Part shown: piece after piece, positions 13,011-26,621 of the stretch
How positions within the stretch are numbered: the stretch's first letter is position 1
Layout of the letters: every line of letters begins with the position of its first letter
Origin: Antedon mediterranea
Taxonomy: Eukaryota; Animalia; Echinodermata
DNA length: 64,000 bases
NCBI RefSeq assembly: GCF_964355755.1
Contig: NC_092678.1
Coordinates: forward strand, 14,410,371-14,474,370
Direction of reading: 5' to 3'
Made by a program: the position numbers and the translations under genes
The notes under the pieces: model-generated
The model's database searches: none
Told to the model about the DNA's origin: nothing
The model's input: the letters and a program-made list of their open reading frames with translations, nothing else

Positions 13011-16000
13011 TTCAGTAACTTCTTCATTTGTATCGATTTGTACATCTTTGTACGTCTTTATCTTGGTCGTATTATGTACTTTCAATCATTTCAAACTAAA
13101 GTAAATTTTAAAATAATTAAATGTATACAGTTTCTTCTTTTCATCTTTAATTCTATTATTTGGTGCACTGAGTTTGTTTTGTGTGCTGGGGAGGGAATAT
13201 TCCTAGAGAAGACATGGTCAGTAAGTAATTAGGTGGTTTTTGTTCATCCTCTGAAATCTGTTAACCTTATTGTAGCCTAGGCTAACGCATAAAAGTTCCA
13301 AACACGCCCACCAAGCCCGCTTCTAACAGGGTATGCTAACTAATATCTCGATATAACGGTCACGCACTGTTAATGACCTTCCCCTTCGTCATCCATGGAG
13401 GAAATATATAGATATATATTATTTCCTCCATGGTCTACCGTCCTGTGTAAAGTCCCTATTATTTATATAATATTCCTTAGCAATCCTGGGCTTTTGTTAT
13501 AGTGTAGTCCAGTACAGACAGGAACAGAAGCACCGTAGTAAGCACCCAGTTCTAACGGAAGTACTGTAGGCTATATTATTTAAATGAAGGGAGCACAACA
13601 TTATGGTGAGTCATTAAGATTGTTTCTGATACAAAAATAGGTCTTATATGCAAAATAAAAATAAATATTAAAAATATGGAATTGTTCCACGCGACAGTCG
13701 TCATATCGCATGTTTTCCTCCGCACTTACTTGTGACTCCAAGGTAATATAATACAATTCTCGCGCAATTGGTGGAAAATTTTCCGGGGAAAGTTTCCCCC
13801 TTTTGTAGTGTAACCGTCAGACTTTACCCATGCCGAATGTGTAACGTTATTAGATTTCCTCAAAAGAAGGGAAAATTATAGTTTCCCACTCACAATCCTA
13901 AAAACTTACACCCACATTGAAGGAAAAGGAGAGTTTACTCCAAGGAGGAAACAAATTTACACAAAAATATGGTGTAAAATCAGAATGATTTTTTACAGTG
14001 TATAAGCGTAATACTCCAGCACAGACGATTGGTAACGCCACTGTTTCACCCGCGACATCCATCTGTGACCTTTGTGATATGCTTTACATTGCTGGTATCC
14101 GTTTAGTAAAAATACAAACTCTTCACAAATCAGCATTTCATGCATTGCAGCAAAGTAGAAAGATCCGGATGTTGTTAAAAGGATTGTCCTTAAAAAACAA
14201 GTCCAATAGTCCAAATTAGACATAATAGGAACAGCTACCTATTTATTTAAAATCCAAGGTATCATAATATAACCAGTCTCAATCCACTTACTTCTTCTTC
14301 TTCTTCTTTCTTGTGGAGATCCAAGAAACATTTATTATACATGACCTTTGGCCCAAATAATATATATAAATGGTAGTCACTTTTATATTGAGCTATTTAT
14401 TATCCACCGTCTGCCGCTAATGCGGATTTGTTGATTGAGCACATTGTTGATACAATTGATAACATTCGTTCTATGGATTTCGCTGCTCCTATTGTTATTT
14501 TGGGTGACTTTAATGACCTAGATCTAGCTGAGCTGGAAGTGAATGTTGGACTGTCGCAAGTTGTTAACTTTGCTACACGAAAGGATGCCCTGTTGGACAA
14601 GATATTTTTGAGTCGTGCTGATCTTTACTATCTTCCGCAACGCTTAGCGGTCGGAGTGACCATAATGCCATCCTATTGGAACCACTGATGGAATTACCTC
14701 AGCACAAGCGTCTATCAGTGCGTTCTCAGCCATATCGTGACTCCTCTGTTTTGTCCTTTGGCCAATGTGTTACAACCCATGAGTGGAATGATGTGCTGAA
14801 TATTGAGGACGTCAATCGAAAAACCAAAATGTTCTCTTCAATTTTGAATGGTGCTTTTAACAAGATCTTTCCTGTGCTAATTAGGAAAAAGTGCATTGCT
14901 GACAAGCCCTGGATGTCCGACAAGATTCGAAGATTAATTGACTCTAGACCAAATTTGTTTTGTAGGTTTGGTAGAACGGATGAGTGCCGTTCAATTCGCA
15001 AATTAGTCCAAGATTGTATTAGAAAGGCTAAAAACAAATATTATTGTAATTCCTTATTAAGTCTTAAACGTAACAACCCTGCCATGTGGCATAAAGGTAT
15101 TAAACAACTATGTAATCTTAAGACTAAACTGCCTCTGAGATTAATGCCCATTTCTCTAGTGTTTGTAATGCCATCCCTCCTCTTAATTTAAACGATTTGC
15201 CTGCTTATCTCCCAGCCCCTGGGCCACCACCTTTAATATATGCTGGTCAGTTCCTAAAAGCCCTTTGTAATCTTAAGCCTAACAAAGCTGGCCATCCAGA
15301 TGAACCCCCTATTAAATTATATAGAGATTTTGCTCCTGAACTTGCTGAACCTGTTGCGGATATCTTCAATCATGCATTGAAAGATGGTGTTTTCCCCGAC
15401 CTTTGGAAAAGGGCTACTGCTGTTCCCATTCCTAAAACTGTGAATGCTAGTTCTGTCTCTGACCTTAGACCTATTTCCCTTACCTATATTCTTGCTAGGG
15501 TATTTGAATCTTTTATTGTTAAGTGGATTCTTGAAGATATTAAGGGTAAATTAGATTCTCGTCAATTTGGTAGTAGGAAAAAGGCTTCCTCAATTCAGTC
15601 TTGTTGACTCTACACTCAAAGATGTTGAGAAGGGTAAATGTTATGTTAACCTATGTGCCACTGACTTTACTAAAGCTTTTGATTGTGTTGATCATAATGT
15701 TATTATTATAAAGTTGATTGAACTGGGTGTGAGGTCGTCCATAATTCCCATCGTCTGCAGCTTTCTCACTTCCCGTTCTCTCAACACCAAGTTTGCTGGG
15801 ATTCTGTCATCTTCCAAGTCACTGACTTGTGGGGTCCCACAGGGAACATTGCTTGGCCCTGAACCTTTCCTAGTACTTATTAACGATGCTTGTGTTGATT
15901 GCTGCAGACGATGGAAATATGTGGATGACCTCACCCTTGGGGAGGTCATTCGCAGAGGTGATTTGCCTTCCATGCAATCCCTGTTAGATGATCTGAGTGT

Positions 16001-16147
16001 TTGGTGTTCATCCAATAATATGATACCCCAACCCTCCAAATGCCATATCTTGGTTGTCAATTTTCTTAAGGACAAGTCGGATGATATTATATCGCCTTCT
16101 TTTAGTCTGAGTGATTCCATTTTACAAGTAGTTGATCACATGACGCT

Positions 16148-16447
16148 TTTCAAATTCAAATAAACATTTATTTCTTTCATTCATATTTGAGTAAAAAACA
16201 TTATAATTTCTGATATTTTATAAACAAATATTTTTTTTTTTTAGAGATATAATACAGTAAATCATAATGTATAAAAAGATGATTCAGTTATATACAAAAT
16301 GAAAGAGGCAAAAAAACCCAAGAAAGTATCGATCAATTGGAAAAAAAATCCAATTGAAACTTGTATGTTGGGAAGCCATGTAAGAAGATTATATACTTAA
16401 ATATATAAATGTAAACATATAACTACACAAACACATATAGATCAACA

Positions 16448-16487
<40 letters not shown>

Positions 16488-17537
16488 GAAGCAATTTCGA
16501 AAAAGTTTCTAAAGTTAAAAAAATATTACAGAATAGAGAAAACAATTAGTTATAATTTGAAATAAGATATTCTTTAAGTTTAAAAGAGAACATTTTGCTA
16601 GAAGACGATGATGAAATTTCGGGAGGTAGATTATTGAATAGTTTAGAACCACTATAGCGAATGTTATGTTTCATTTTAGTTAGTTTAGGTTGTAGAAGAT
16701 GAGGTCCCGTGATGCTCTTGTGTTATACGAATGGATTTCAGAGTTAGTTGAAAAATTACAGGAAAAGTTAGAAGGCAGTTTGGAATTAATATGTTCATAA
16801 ACGAAAATGCATTGTTGGAGTTTATTAATATCGTGCACAGTTAAGAGTTTAAGGTTATAAAAAAGGATATTAGTATGAGCAAGACGTGAGTTACCCGAGA
16901 TAAGACGAACAGCTTTCTTTTGAAGGACGTGTATTTTATTAAGATTTGAAGGGTAATTATTGGCGCATACAATGTTACAGTAACTAATAAAAGGCAGAAT
17001 AAAGGAACAGTAAATATTGCGTAAAATTTGAGACGGTAAAAAGGAAGACAGACGATAAAGTATGCCAATGTTTTTAGAAATTTTTAATTCAATTTCTTTT
17101 ATATGATTTTTAAAATATTTAGCTCTTGGTCAATTAAAACACCTAGAAATTTGGTTTGCTTAACATGGGGAATTACTTGATCACCAATCAGAATTTTATG
17201 AGACTCGTCGGTCAGTTTTTGATGACGTATTCCAAACAACATAAAGGTGCATTTACTTAGGTTTATTGAAAGTTTATTCACATTAAAATAATCGTTAATA
17301 TTAATTAATTCTTGGTTAAAAGTATGAAAAATTGATTGAAAGTTAACACTTTTATAAACACTTGTATAAATATACACGTGACAAATGGTTTAATCAGAAG
17401 TGTTAATTTGGAACTGATGCGCAAAAATAGCAGATTAAACGATTATAATAAAGTATATCAATAACTATAGTAATAAGAATAATAATACAATAGTTTAAAA
17501 TTAAGATTTGCCAATGTCAGAAATAGAAAGTATAGGA
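16148..17537 (-). mobile_element. Antisense CR1/L2-type LINE 3' fragment nested in the LINE above
   Basis: Minus ORF 17099-17377 (NKLSINLSKC..KFLGVLID); TTTGAA-type tail at ~16148-16160; the host frame breaks at VVDHMTL and resumes after the insert. Confidence 0.75.
16449..16480. repeat. (AC)n microsatellite
   Basis: Direct observation. Confidence 0.9.
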
Positions 17538-18269
17538 GTTCTTGGTGTAATCATTCAAAATGACCTGAAATGAGAACTTAACACTAATCATATTGTGTCT
17601 AGAGCTTCTAGACGTTTATTTTCCTTTTGCATTTTGAAGAAAGCAGGTATCTTAATTAATGATCTGTTGACTGTTTATATGGCGTATATAAGACCTATTT
17701 TAGAATATGCTGCCCCTGTTTGGCATGGCGCTATCACTAAGGACATGTCCAAGTCTATTGAAAAGGTACAAAAGAGAGCTTTGCGTATCATGCTAGGTAA
17801 CAACTATTTGTGCTATGATCATGCATTGTCTATTACTGGTTTACCTACTCTTGTTGAGAGAAGACACAAACTTGTGTTGTCTTTCTGGGAAGGCTTATTA
17901 AAATCCGAGCTGTTTAGAGAAATACTTCCCCCTCTTCATAAGCCAGCTCGGTCTCTCAGATTCAACCGCTTTCTAGAAGTACCTCATTGTAAAACCAGCA
18001 GACTTAGGTCGTCTCAAGTTCCCACTATGGTGGATATAATTAATATGCACCACTAGCTCTATTTTAGATATGTAATAAGTGAATGTTTTAAGGTTTTTTA
18101 TTCATCTATGTTTTTAATTTTATGGTACGATATCTAATTTTAATAAGATGTTTCTATTTTTATAGCAACTTTAACAAATTTTTAGGCATTTGTAATACAA
18201 TTCATTTCAGTCCTTGACTGCCGTTTTATATACCGAATAAAAAAATATATATATAATGTAATACAATAT

Positions 18270-20660
18270 TAAATACATATCAGTTAAGTGCGTTTAAAAA
18301 TTCTGTTCTACGTTTAAATGAAAAAAATAAATATTTTCCAAGTTTAACAATAAGATCAGTATTTGTGGTAGACATAAGATAAATATATTTTAATTTAGTT
18401 GGGTTGTTTGTATAAAAGGAAAACATATATTTAGTTCTAATATCTGAATAAAATGGACAAACTAAAGTGAAATGATAATCATCTTCAATTGATTGTAAAG
18501 CACATAATTTGCAAAATCTTTCATTTCTATTTATACAATTCCATCTTCCTTTTTCAATTTCTAATTCAAAAATTCCTAGTCTTATCTTAGTCATAATTTG
18601 TCTATGTTTGTAATGTGTTACTTTAGTTAGATATTCTTCAATTCCAAAATTATATTTAATGTGCTTGTAATATTGGAGCTTAGAGTGTAGCCTAGTATCT
18701 TCGTCATTCAATGTCTGTAAGCCTTTGTTTAAAATTTGAAATAAAAGTATATACATTATTAACCTGTTGTGAGTACCATATGTTACCAAATCCATTTATG
18801 CATAGTATTTGTTTTACGTCATTGGCCCAACATTGCTCATGTCTTTGAGCTTTTCTATATTGAAAATCATAACATTGTTTAATAAATGTGTCATTGGATT
18901 TGGATTACTCTTAGCCAGTAACGAATTATATTAACTAGATGGTACGCTCGCTTCGCTCGCGTACCATCTAGGTCGTGCCCACAGATGGTTCTCGAATACA
19001 CAGTAATTTCAGCGTAACAAAACTGGCCATTTCAAATGTACGTACCGCAGGACTATATACATTGTCGTTTACAGAAACGAATAAATAGACACAATGATTT
19101 ATGTAGTCAACTAAAATTAGCACCCTGGGAATTACTTCCGAAGGAGAAACTTATCACAAAATCAAGTTTTTGATTTGGACTCATTTAAAGAAACCCAATT
19201 TGTGTTTTGTATGTAACATTAGGGTTGAGGGATGGGAAAGCGGATAGGTACAAAGAGGAACAATTTTTAAATATTATTATTCTTTATCCACTCAGTAACG
19301 AAATATTTTTTTCATGTTTTATAGGCCTATAAATAATATACCTCTAAATACAGTAAAACATTTGCGATTTAATACTTTTTTTATTTTATTTATTTATTTA
19401 TTTCTTTTAAATATTAATTGTACACTAATTTTCCCCGTGTATGGCAAGAGATTCCTAATTATATTAGAGAACATTCTTTATTTAGTTTAGTTAACACTGT
19501 CACTGTCATAATCGATTGAAATATTAAAGTACCATGTCACGATACACAACTACGACGTTTATATTTGGTAATCATTAATTAATACAAACGTTGAGAAAGA
19601 ACTGTCAGTATAAAGTTTATTTGTATATAATAATGTGTTTATATATCTAACAGTAGAGCCTATCCACAATCTCGCAAGTTTATTCTCAAAGGGCCCATAT
19701 ATTTACCTACCGTATGTGTTAAACCAAAGGCTCATAAATTTACCTACAGTACTTGTGTTAAACCAAACTCTGGCAGACTGAGAGATTGGGATGTTCCATT
19801 CATCGCAAATCAATAGATTTGTATATCGTATATTAAATCTATCAAAATAGTATTTTTTAAAGAAAATCGGCCTGTCTTCAACATTATGATGGTGTACTCT
19901 AGCTGTTGAACCGGTTTTCAGCCATTAAAAACAATTATCGTAGGAGGAGATAGGAAAATGCGAAGCCTCCTCGCATTTTTGTGGCGGGTATTTTTCAAGA
20001 CGGACATCCATTAGACAGTGTATACCACGATCGGAAAACACCCCTATTTGGGGCAAATCGTTGAACCTAAATTCGTTTTAATCGTCAATAACTAATTATC
20101 TAACTTAATTTAATTAGTAAACAGGGTTACATCAGGTGGTTAAAATCAGTACCGAAAGTACGAACCAACTTTATATACCATCGAGTACAAATTCGAAAAG
20201 TAAGGCGCGATTTACCGAATTTTGCCCTTACGTAAATTTATATATAGATGATAATTTGAATTTGGATAGTAAATCTTCCACATTCTCCTCTCACTGCAAC
20301 ACTTGGTGCAGAATTACCTATTTCTAGAATGTATTTACAGAATCTTAGATGAACTTTCTCTAATACTGATATATCATTTAAACCCCATATTTCGCTACCA
20401 TAAAGTAAGATTGGCATAATCTTAACATCAAATATATGGTTCCATATATTAACTTGGAGGTTACCAAAACGCCTATGGGTCAATCCCTTTAATGTGAACA
20501 AAGCCTTATTAGCTTGTTGACAATTGTATTATTTGGCTTTATTCCAATTACCATTTGAGTTGAAAACAACTCCTAAATATTTAAAGGATTTGACAATGTC
20601 AACTGTATTTCCATTGTAATTCCATTTTTCAAATTTGTTAAGATATATCCACTTACAGTA
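18270..20660 (-). mobile_element. Non-LTR retrotransposon relic with C-terminal CCHC finger, split by a Helitron
   Basis: Minus ORFs 20238-20501 (IMPILLYGSEIWG..VRGECGRF) and 18280-18795 (LEIEKGRW..CKLC..IEDDYHFTLVCPFY) are collinear. Confidence 0.8.
18935..20248 (-). mobile_element. Non-autonomous Helitron, family H1
   Basis: Minus strand starts 5'-TC (after A) and ends with GC-rich hairpin (gatggtacgc..gcgtaccatc)-CTAG before T; no TSD; homologous to copies at 48721, 54667 and 55862. Confidence 0.85.
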
Positions 20661-21319
20661 TTAACATTCCCAAATTAACAACTAAATCTGTTAATTGTTC
20701 AATAAAACCGTTAACGATGTGTTATTATAAAGTGTGAACTTGGAGTGTATTACTTATTATTATTATTATTATCATAAGTGTGAGTGGGGGTAATTTCATT
20801 TAACTTAATAGGTATCTGGCCTTTAGCTTTTGTTTTTCATGTGGACAACTGTCCGGGTGTTAAATGTTTTTATAAATATATTTCTGTATATTTTGTCAAA
20901 TGTGTGGAAAATACATAATAACCAAACGAACAATAGTATAGTTTACAGTACTGTAAGGCCTACCGAACCAGCTACTTAACAAATTAGGTATAAATGCTGC
21001 GGCAAGACTGGAATTAAACAGTTATCTTTAGGCCAATTTCAGGACGACAAAATTATGTCTATTGAGGACGACGTCTAAAGTTTGATATGTATGCCGCACT
21101 AAACGTCAAATTAAAACAATAGGCATACTGCATGGAAACTGCATTATACGATCCGATATTATTTATTGTCATGTTTAAAAACAAGGTACAAATGAAATGT
21201 GGTTGGTTGATTACATGTAATTAGACAAACGAATACAAAACAATGCGTCGTTAACAAGTGATTCTAAAGAGATCTTACAAATTTGCTATTAGGCCTAAAG
21301 ACATGCTTTTACAGTACAG

Positions 21320-24300
21320 CTCATTACCCTATGTTCAGAATTGAATACGGAACCTCTTATTGGTATGTATATTCTCTGTTTGGCCATTAATGTATTTATA
21401 TTATTGTGACAATGCCGTTTCAATTTCATTAATAAGGTTAATATTTTTAATCAAGTTTTACAGTTAGCGGGACCAATGTTTAATTCATTCAGGGAATATA
21501 TTACAGTTATTTTAGTTTTTGTATTTACCTTTAATAGAGAGTATTTTGTTAGTTTTGCTTGTTTGTTTGTTTGTTGTAGACACCTAATTTAAAATCAAAC
21601 CAAACCGTCACTTTCACAAATTGTAGGTACTTGTTGTGATAAATAAAATTTTCCTGACACTTCTGGGTTGGTTTACTTAGTTAAGTGGCTTCCGGGTACG
21701 CGTGCCCTAATTCGGCAGCATTGTTGTTTTTAATCATGCTTAAAAAAACTACAGAGGGCGTTATCGAGTCAATTGAACATACATGATGAGATAAAGTTAT
21801 GCTTGTTGCTTTTCGCGCCACGGCTTTAGCCAGCTATATCTCCAGAGGACTACTCATTCAGAAGCTATATCAAGCGGAAAGCTTGTTATCTACAGCTGAC
21901 ATTGTTGGTATTTTGTAAACTCGAATAATTGATAGGTCCAAACTTCTGGACCCAAGAAACGTCTGGAAAAATAGAGTTTGTGAAGGCTCACGGTTGAAAG
22001 ATTTTGGATTCTCGCTCTTTGATTGGTTAACTTGCCGCGAATCAACACAAAGTGAAGTCACGATTGACTGATGACTGCATGTCCAACACACGGGAAAATA
22101 TATATTGACATTTTTTTAATATTAGGTTAAATAAACACTCTTTTTTAATTATTAAACATGTAATATAATATTTGATTACATTTTACAATGTTTTTACAAA
22201 ATATATTACTAAAAACTTAATTTTTTAAGTTCATACAATTGCCTAATGAGAGTGAAATTTAGTTACTTCGTTTGTGAATAAAATTGATTATTTTCGGCGA
22301 TGTTTTGGAACCTATATTTCGAAAACTACAAATCTGATTTTCGTAATTCTTTCTTTATTTTAAAATTGATACAAATTATCAACAGGGATTGTATGCTATT
22401 AACTTTTAATGTTGCATCATTATCCCTAGCTATGTAGTAGGCCTATTTACATGTGGGCCGGTTCAATTTAGGGAGTAATTAATGCTCCTACCATGACCTA
22501 TAAATTAAATTCTCCTACCCTGGAATATATAGGCCTACATATACTGTAGTTTAGTTTATGATTATATTTATTTTATTATTATTATTTTTTTTTACTGTTC
22601 TTTGTTAAAATATGTTTTATTTGTTAAATACAGTTTTAGAAAGTGCACACTCATACAAACGTTTACTTGCTTTTTCACGCAATGTTCCCCAAAAGCCTAA
22701 TTATTTTCATTGCAAATATATTAAGACAAAGTTGCAAAAATTATTGCCATATTGGTGTTAGCCAAGTTAAGCCTCGTAGCCTAGCCAATGCATGTTTTGC
22801 ATCAGCAGTAGAGGTATCATATGCCAGACAGGAAATGCCAAGAAGCTCATGAATAATGACTTCCATAGAAATTCCCTAACAACTGAAAAGGGGATTTAAC
22901 CCTGAAAAAAGACAAATTATCAAAGTATTCTATTCTTTTTAAATTGGGTTATATTGATAAATATTACGTTGGGCATTTATTTTCCCATCATCAACATTAG
23001 TTGACATGGTGATACAATGTTAGAAATGTAATTATTGGCTCAGACCTTTAAGAAAAGATGTATATTTTAGTTTTGACTGGTAGGCCTATTCACGCCCTCA
23101 TGCATGTATTTGAATAGGTGCTCAAGCTTATAATCAACGTTATAGTGTTGTATAGTTTCAGTAAATCGTAAACCTGAACAGACCGGACAGAAAATACCCA
23201 CATCATTAATGAAGAAGTGAACGGCATTTGCATAGTCTAGAGCTTTATTGCTAGTAGATGATATATAATTCGTTAACATGATGATTTCAACTCTAATTTT
23301 ATAAATAATACGTATGATGTTAAACAGTAGTCAATGTAATATAGATATTTACTCAAAGTCTATTATTATTAAACTAGATATTCATTCATTTCCGTCTGTT
23401 TGGTAGTCATGCGAAACCTCTTTATTTTAAATGATAACGACCGAGTTCACAATCACAATAGTCCTACACTTTATTTGTTTAAACAAAACGCTACGGTTAT
23501 ACAGAAGAAAGCCTCAAATATGTATGGGTTTAGTAAACGTAGCCATTATACTATTTGAGTGTCGTGAAGTAATGTAAGTTGTTTTAGCTTCTACTGATTA
23601 GTTTTTTCCTATGCTAGTTTAAATGAAGTTTGGTAGTCGAGTGGTTAGGACACTTTACTGTCACCCAGGTGGTTAGAACACCTGACTGTCACCTATGTGG
23701 TTAGGACACTTGACTGTCACACAGAGAGACCTTGGTTCAATTCCCCACAACTCTCAGTCTACTCAGCTGTAAATGAGTACCTGGTTGAAAATACTAGGGA
23801 AGATATGGTGGCGTGGACAAGAATTTGCTACCCTATCACATAATGCCGAAGCATGTCGAATTAGCTCATTACCCTATGTTCAGAGTTGAATACGGGACCT
23901 TTACCTTTTCAGTATAAATAAAATAAACTGTTTGAATTTTGTTCATCCATGTTTTTGTTTCATTTGCTCGCCTCTTGTTGGTATGTATATTCTCTGTTTG
24001 GCCATAATTGTATTTATATTATTGTGACAATGCCGTTTCAATTTCATTAATATGGTTAATATTTTCAATCAATGTGCAGTTTTAAAGTTATTGGGACCAT
24101 ATCGCAAATAGCGATGTTGTTGTGGCCAAAGTGCATATCGGCCTCTTTCCTCCAATACTCTTTACGTTTATCTGTTATTTGTTAAAATTATTATGTTTTA
24201 TTTGTTAAATACAGTTTTAGAAAAGTGCAAAATAATATTACGTTTACATGCTATCGTATGCAATGTTCCCCAAAAGCCTACTTATTTCTTTGCAAATGTA

Positions 24301-26220
24301 TTAAGGCGAACTCTACAAAAAGTGCAACAATTATCATCACCTTAGTTTTAGCCAAGTTAAGCCTAGCCTAGCCAATGCATGTTTTGCATCAGCAGTAGAG
24401 GTATCATTGCGTGAGGGACCAAAATGTGGTCAAAACCCCCACTTTCGATGTTTGTTCGTTATACAAATTTCTGTTTCTGCACGTAACCATACGTATGTGG
24501 TATCAAAATGATGGCAATTGTATCCGGAAGGTTTTAAACTACATTTAAACAAATTCCTTCGACTCCTGGGGTTTTTGTGGGAGGGGTGGGGGGGGGGGGG
24601 GGTGGTGTGGTGGTTTGTGATGTCATTTTTTGCTAGGGCTCGGGGTTGTAGGCTATCGAATTGTGAAATTATACTACAAAAGTTTTACAGTATTTTAATT
24701 ATCATCAGAAAGGCGTATATATTTTATTCATTAACCAATAATAATGACACCTATTCATTTACACATTTAGCAAAGTACTTTAACCATATCCAGCTATGTA
24801 TCGGTCTCTTTACTTGGATTGTCTCATTACAGACATCCATTCCTGTGTGAACATATACACGTTATTTACTGTTACTGTGTTCTACTACCAAACACATCAT
24901 CCTCTAGGATCCAAGTTAGGGGCCAAAATGTGGTCAAAATGATCCACTTTCATTGTTTCATTATAACAATTTTTGTTTCTGCATGTAACAATACAATTGC
25001 GGTCATCAAAATGACCGCAATTGTACCGGGAAGGTTTTAAACTACATTTCAAAAAGTACGGGATTTGGTGGGGAGATGGGGTGTGGGAGATAGGGTGTGG
25101 GAGTTGGGGTTCAGAAGATAGTGGGGATTGCTTTGGCTAGGGATAGTAGGCTATCAAAAATTGACCAGAATTGTGGTTGGAAAATTGTTGTTTTTAAAGA
25201 AAAAGAGTGTGGGGTGTTATTGAAGAGGGGTGGGAGTGGTGATTATAGGGAGGTATTTATGTTATGTACTGAGAAGGCTTTAAACTGGGGCGGGTATAAT
25301 TGCTAGTACTAGTATAAATGACATTCCGAATGTAATGCAGCATACTATGTTATTGTTGAGTTGTTTTTTTATTTTGTTCAGACATGTTTTTGTTGGTATT
25401 TATATTCTCTGTTTGGCTTTGGCTTATTTCAGTTTTTATTTAAATGTATGAAGGTTCAATTAATGTACAGTTTTCGGGAACCATTAAATGTTTATCTTAT
25501 TCAGCAGGCAAATGAATCCATTTATTTTCAGTGTAATGTTAGCTTGTCTTTTTACTTTTAATAAAGCGTCTACTATGTCAAGTCCTTGTTTGATTTTGTC
25601 ACTTTCACAAATTATAGGTAATTTTAATAATAACAATAATTTTCCTGACATTTAATAAAAAAAAATCCTTGCAAACGCAACATGCACGTAAGTTAGTATG
25701 ATAGTAAATTGTTGTCATGCTATGACCTGAAGCATAATTTGCTTATAGTGCTGAATTGTGCCTATTATTGTGTTATAATAATAATAATGATAATAGAAAT
25801 TGTTGTCTCTTACGCAATCAGACAATTTCCTCGTTAGATTTCCACGGGATGGCCGTAAAAACTCGTTTTAGGGTTGATTTACTTAGTTAAGTGGCTTCAT
25901 TATTTTTATTTTTTTTCAATTAGGTTAAGGCAGAAACTACAGAGGACGTTATCGAGTCAATTGAATATGCAGGAGATAAAGTTAGACTTGTTGCTTTTTG
26001 TTATCGGATTAGCGATGTTGTGGTCACAGTGTTTATCGCCCTCTCTCACCCGATCCTCTTTACGTTTATTTTTATTTAAAAGCAAAATTTGTCTTTTGTT
26101 AAATTTAGTTTAGGAAAGTGCACAATCACAGAAACAACTTTTACATGCTTTTTGACGCAATATTCCACAAAAACCCTAATTATTAATTTTCTTATTAAGT
26201 ATTAAGGCAAACTCTATTTT
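21320..26220 (+). repeat. Degenerate local segmental duplication/triplication upstream of the Roco gene
   Basis: Shared blocks: ~21320-21480 / 23864-24100 / 25380-25500; ~21530-21820 / 25530-26010; ~22590-22830 / 24170-24410 / 26060-26210. Confidence 0.7.
23631..23910 (+). mobile_element. tRNA-derived SINE with internal 28-bp triplication
   Basis: A box TGGtagtcgagTGG (23631), three copies of gtggttag.acac.tgactgtcac (23641, 23669, 23697), B box GGTTCAATTCC (23734), then actcagctgtaaatgagtacc body motif. Confidence 0.7.
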
Positions 26221-26613
26221 TGAGAAATGAAAATAATAAATATTATTAAAAGTCTTCATCTGAAGAAAATGTCTGTAATAATTTTCATAAATCAAATTAA
26301 CACGATAGTCTTAATAATATTTTTGTAGATTTTGTTCTGTTTTATTGCACACGTAGGGTTCTTGTCCTGTATCTAACAGAATGTCACGTGCTCTTATTAA
26401 GAAATATATTGTACTTAATATGCTTTTGACAACTGAATATTAAATACTATTGTTCACTATAGTATTGCTGTATACATATATATTATTGTTGTATCAAAAA
26501 CTAGTATTGTAATAATAATATTTAAATTCGATTAATGATATTTTCTTCAGAGAAACAAATCTAAACTAAACCAGCAAAGAAAAGCTTTATGAAAACTCAG
26601 TATAGTACTTAAG

Positions 26614-26621
26614 ATGTCGGG
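26614..26621 (+). CDS. Roco exon 1 coding part (ATG TCG GG)
   Basis: GTGAGT donor at 26622; acceptor ttttcttcAG at 26550; in-frame upstream stop TGA at 26590 supports this ATG as the start; phase 2 matches the next exon. Confidence 0.65.

Larger units (their letters stand above)
14390..18245 (+). mobile_element. CR1/L2-group LINE relic (endonuclease + RT), interrupted by an antisense LINE fragment
   Basis: ILGDFN, KPWMS, LRPISLT, DFTKAFDCVDH, GVPQGTLLGP, YVDDL; resumes at ~17538 (LGVIIQNDLK..YIRPILEYAAPVW); 3' tail near 18200-18255. Confidence 0.88.

Noticed and set aside
13393-13433. Short hairpin ccatggaggaaat...atttcctccatgg
   Set aside because: A real palindrome, but a similar CCATGG-bounded AT-rich hairpin occurs near 36602-36638; probably a tiny dispersed repeat with no evidence of function.
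13770-14000. Clustered NF-kB-like palindromes (ggaaaattttcc, ggggaaagtttcccc)
   Set aside because: They do not fit the 10-bp kB consensus cleanly, lie ~13 kb from the Roco ATG, and are followed by ttttacagtg, a common MITE terminus, so a TE remnant is more likely.
24560-25300. G-rich tracts and ORFs 24518-24850 and 25097-25306
   Set aside because: Low-complexity, internally duplicated repeat sequence; the translations lack motifs and splice support.
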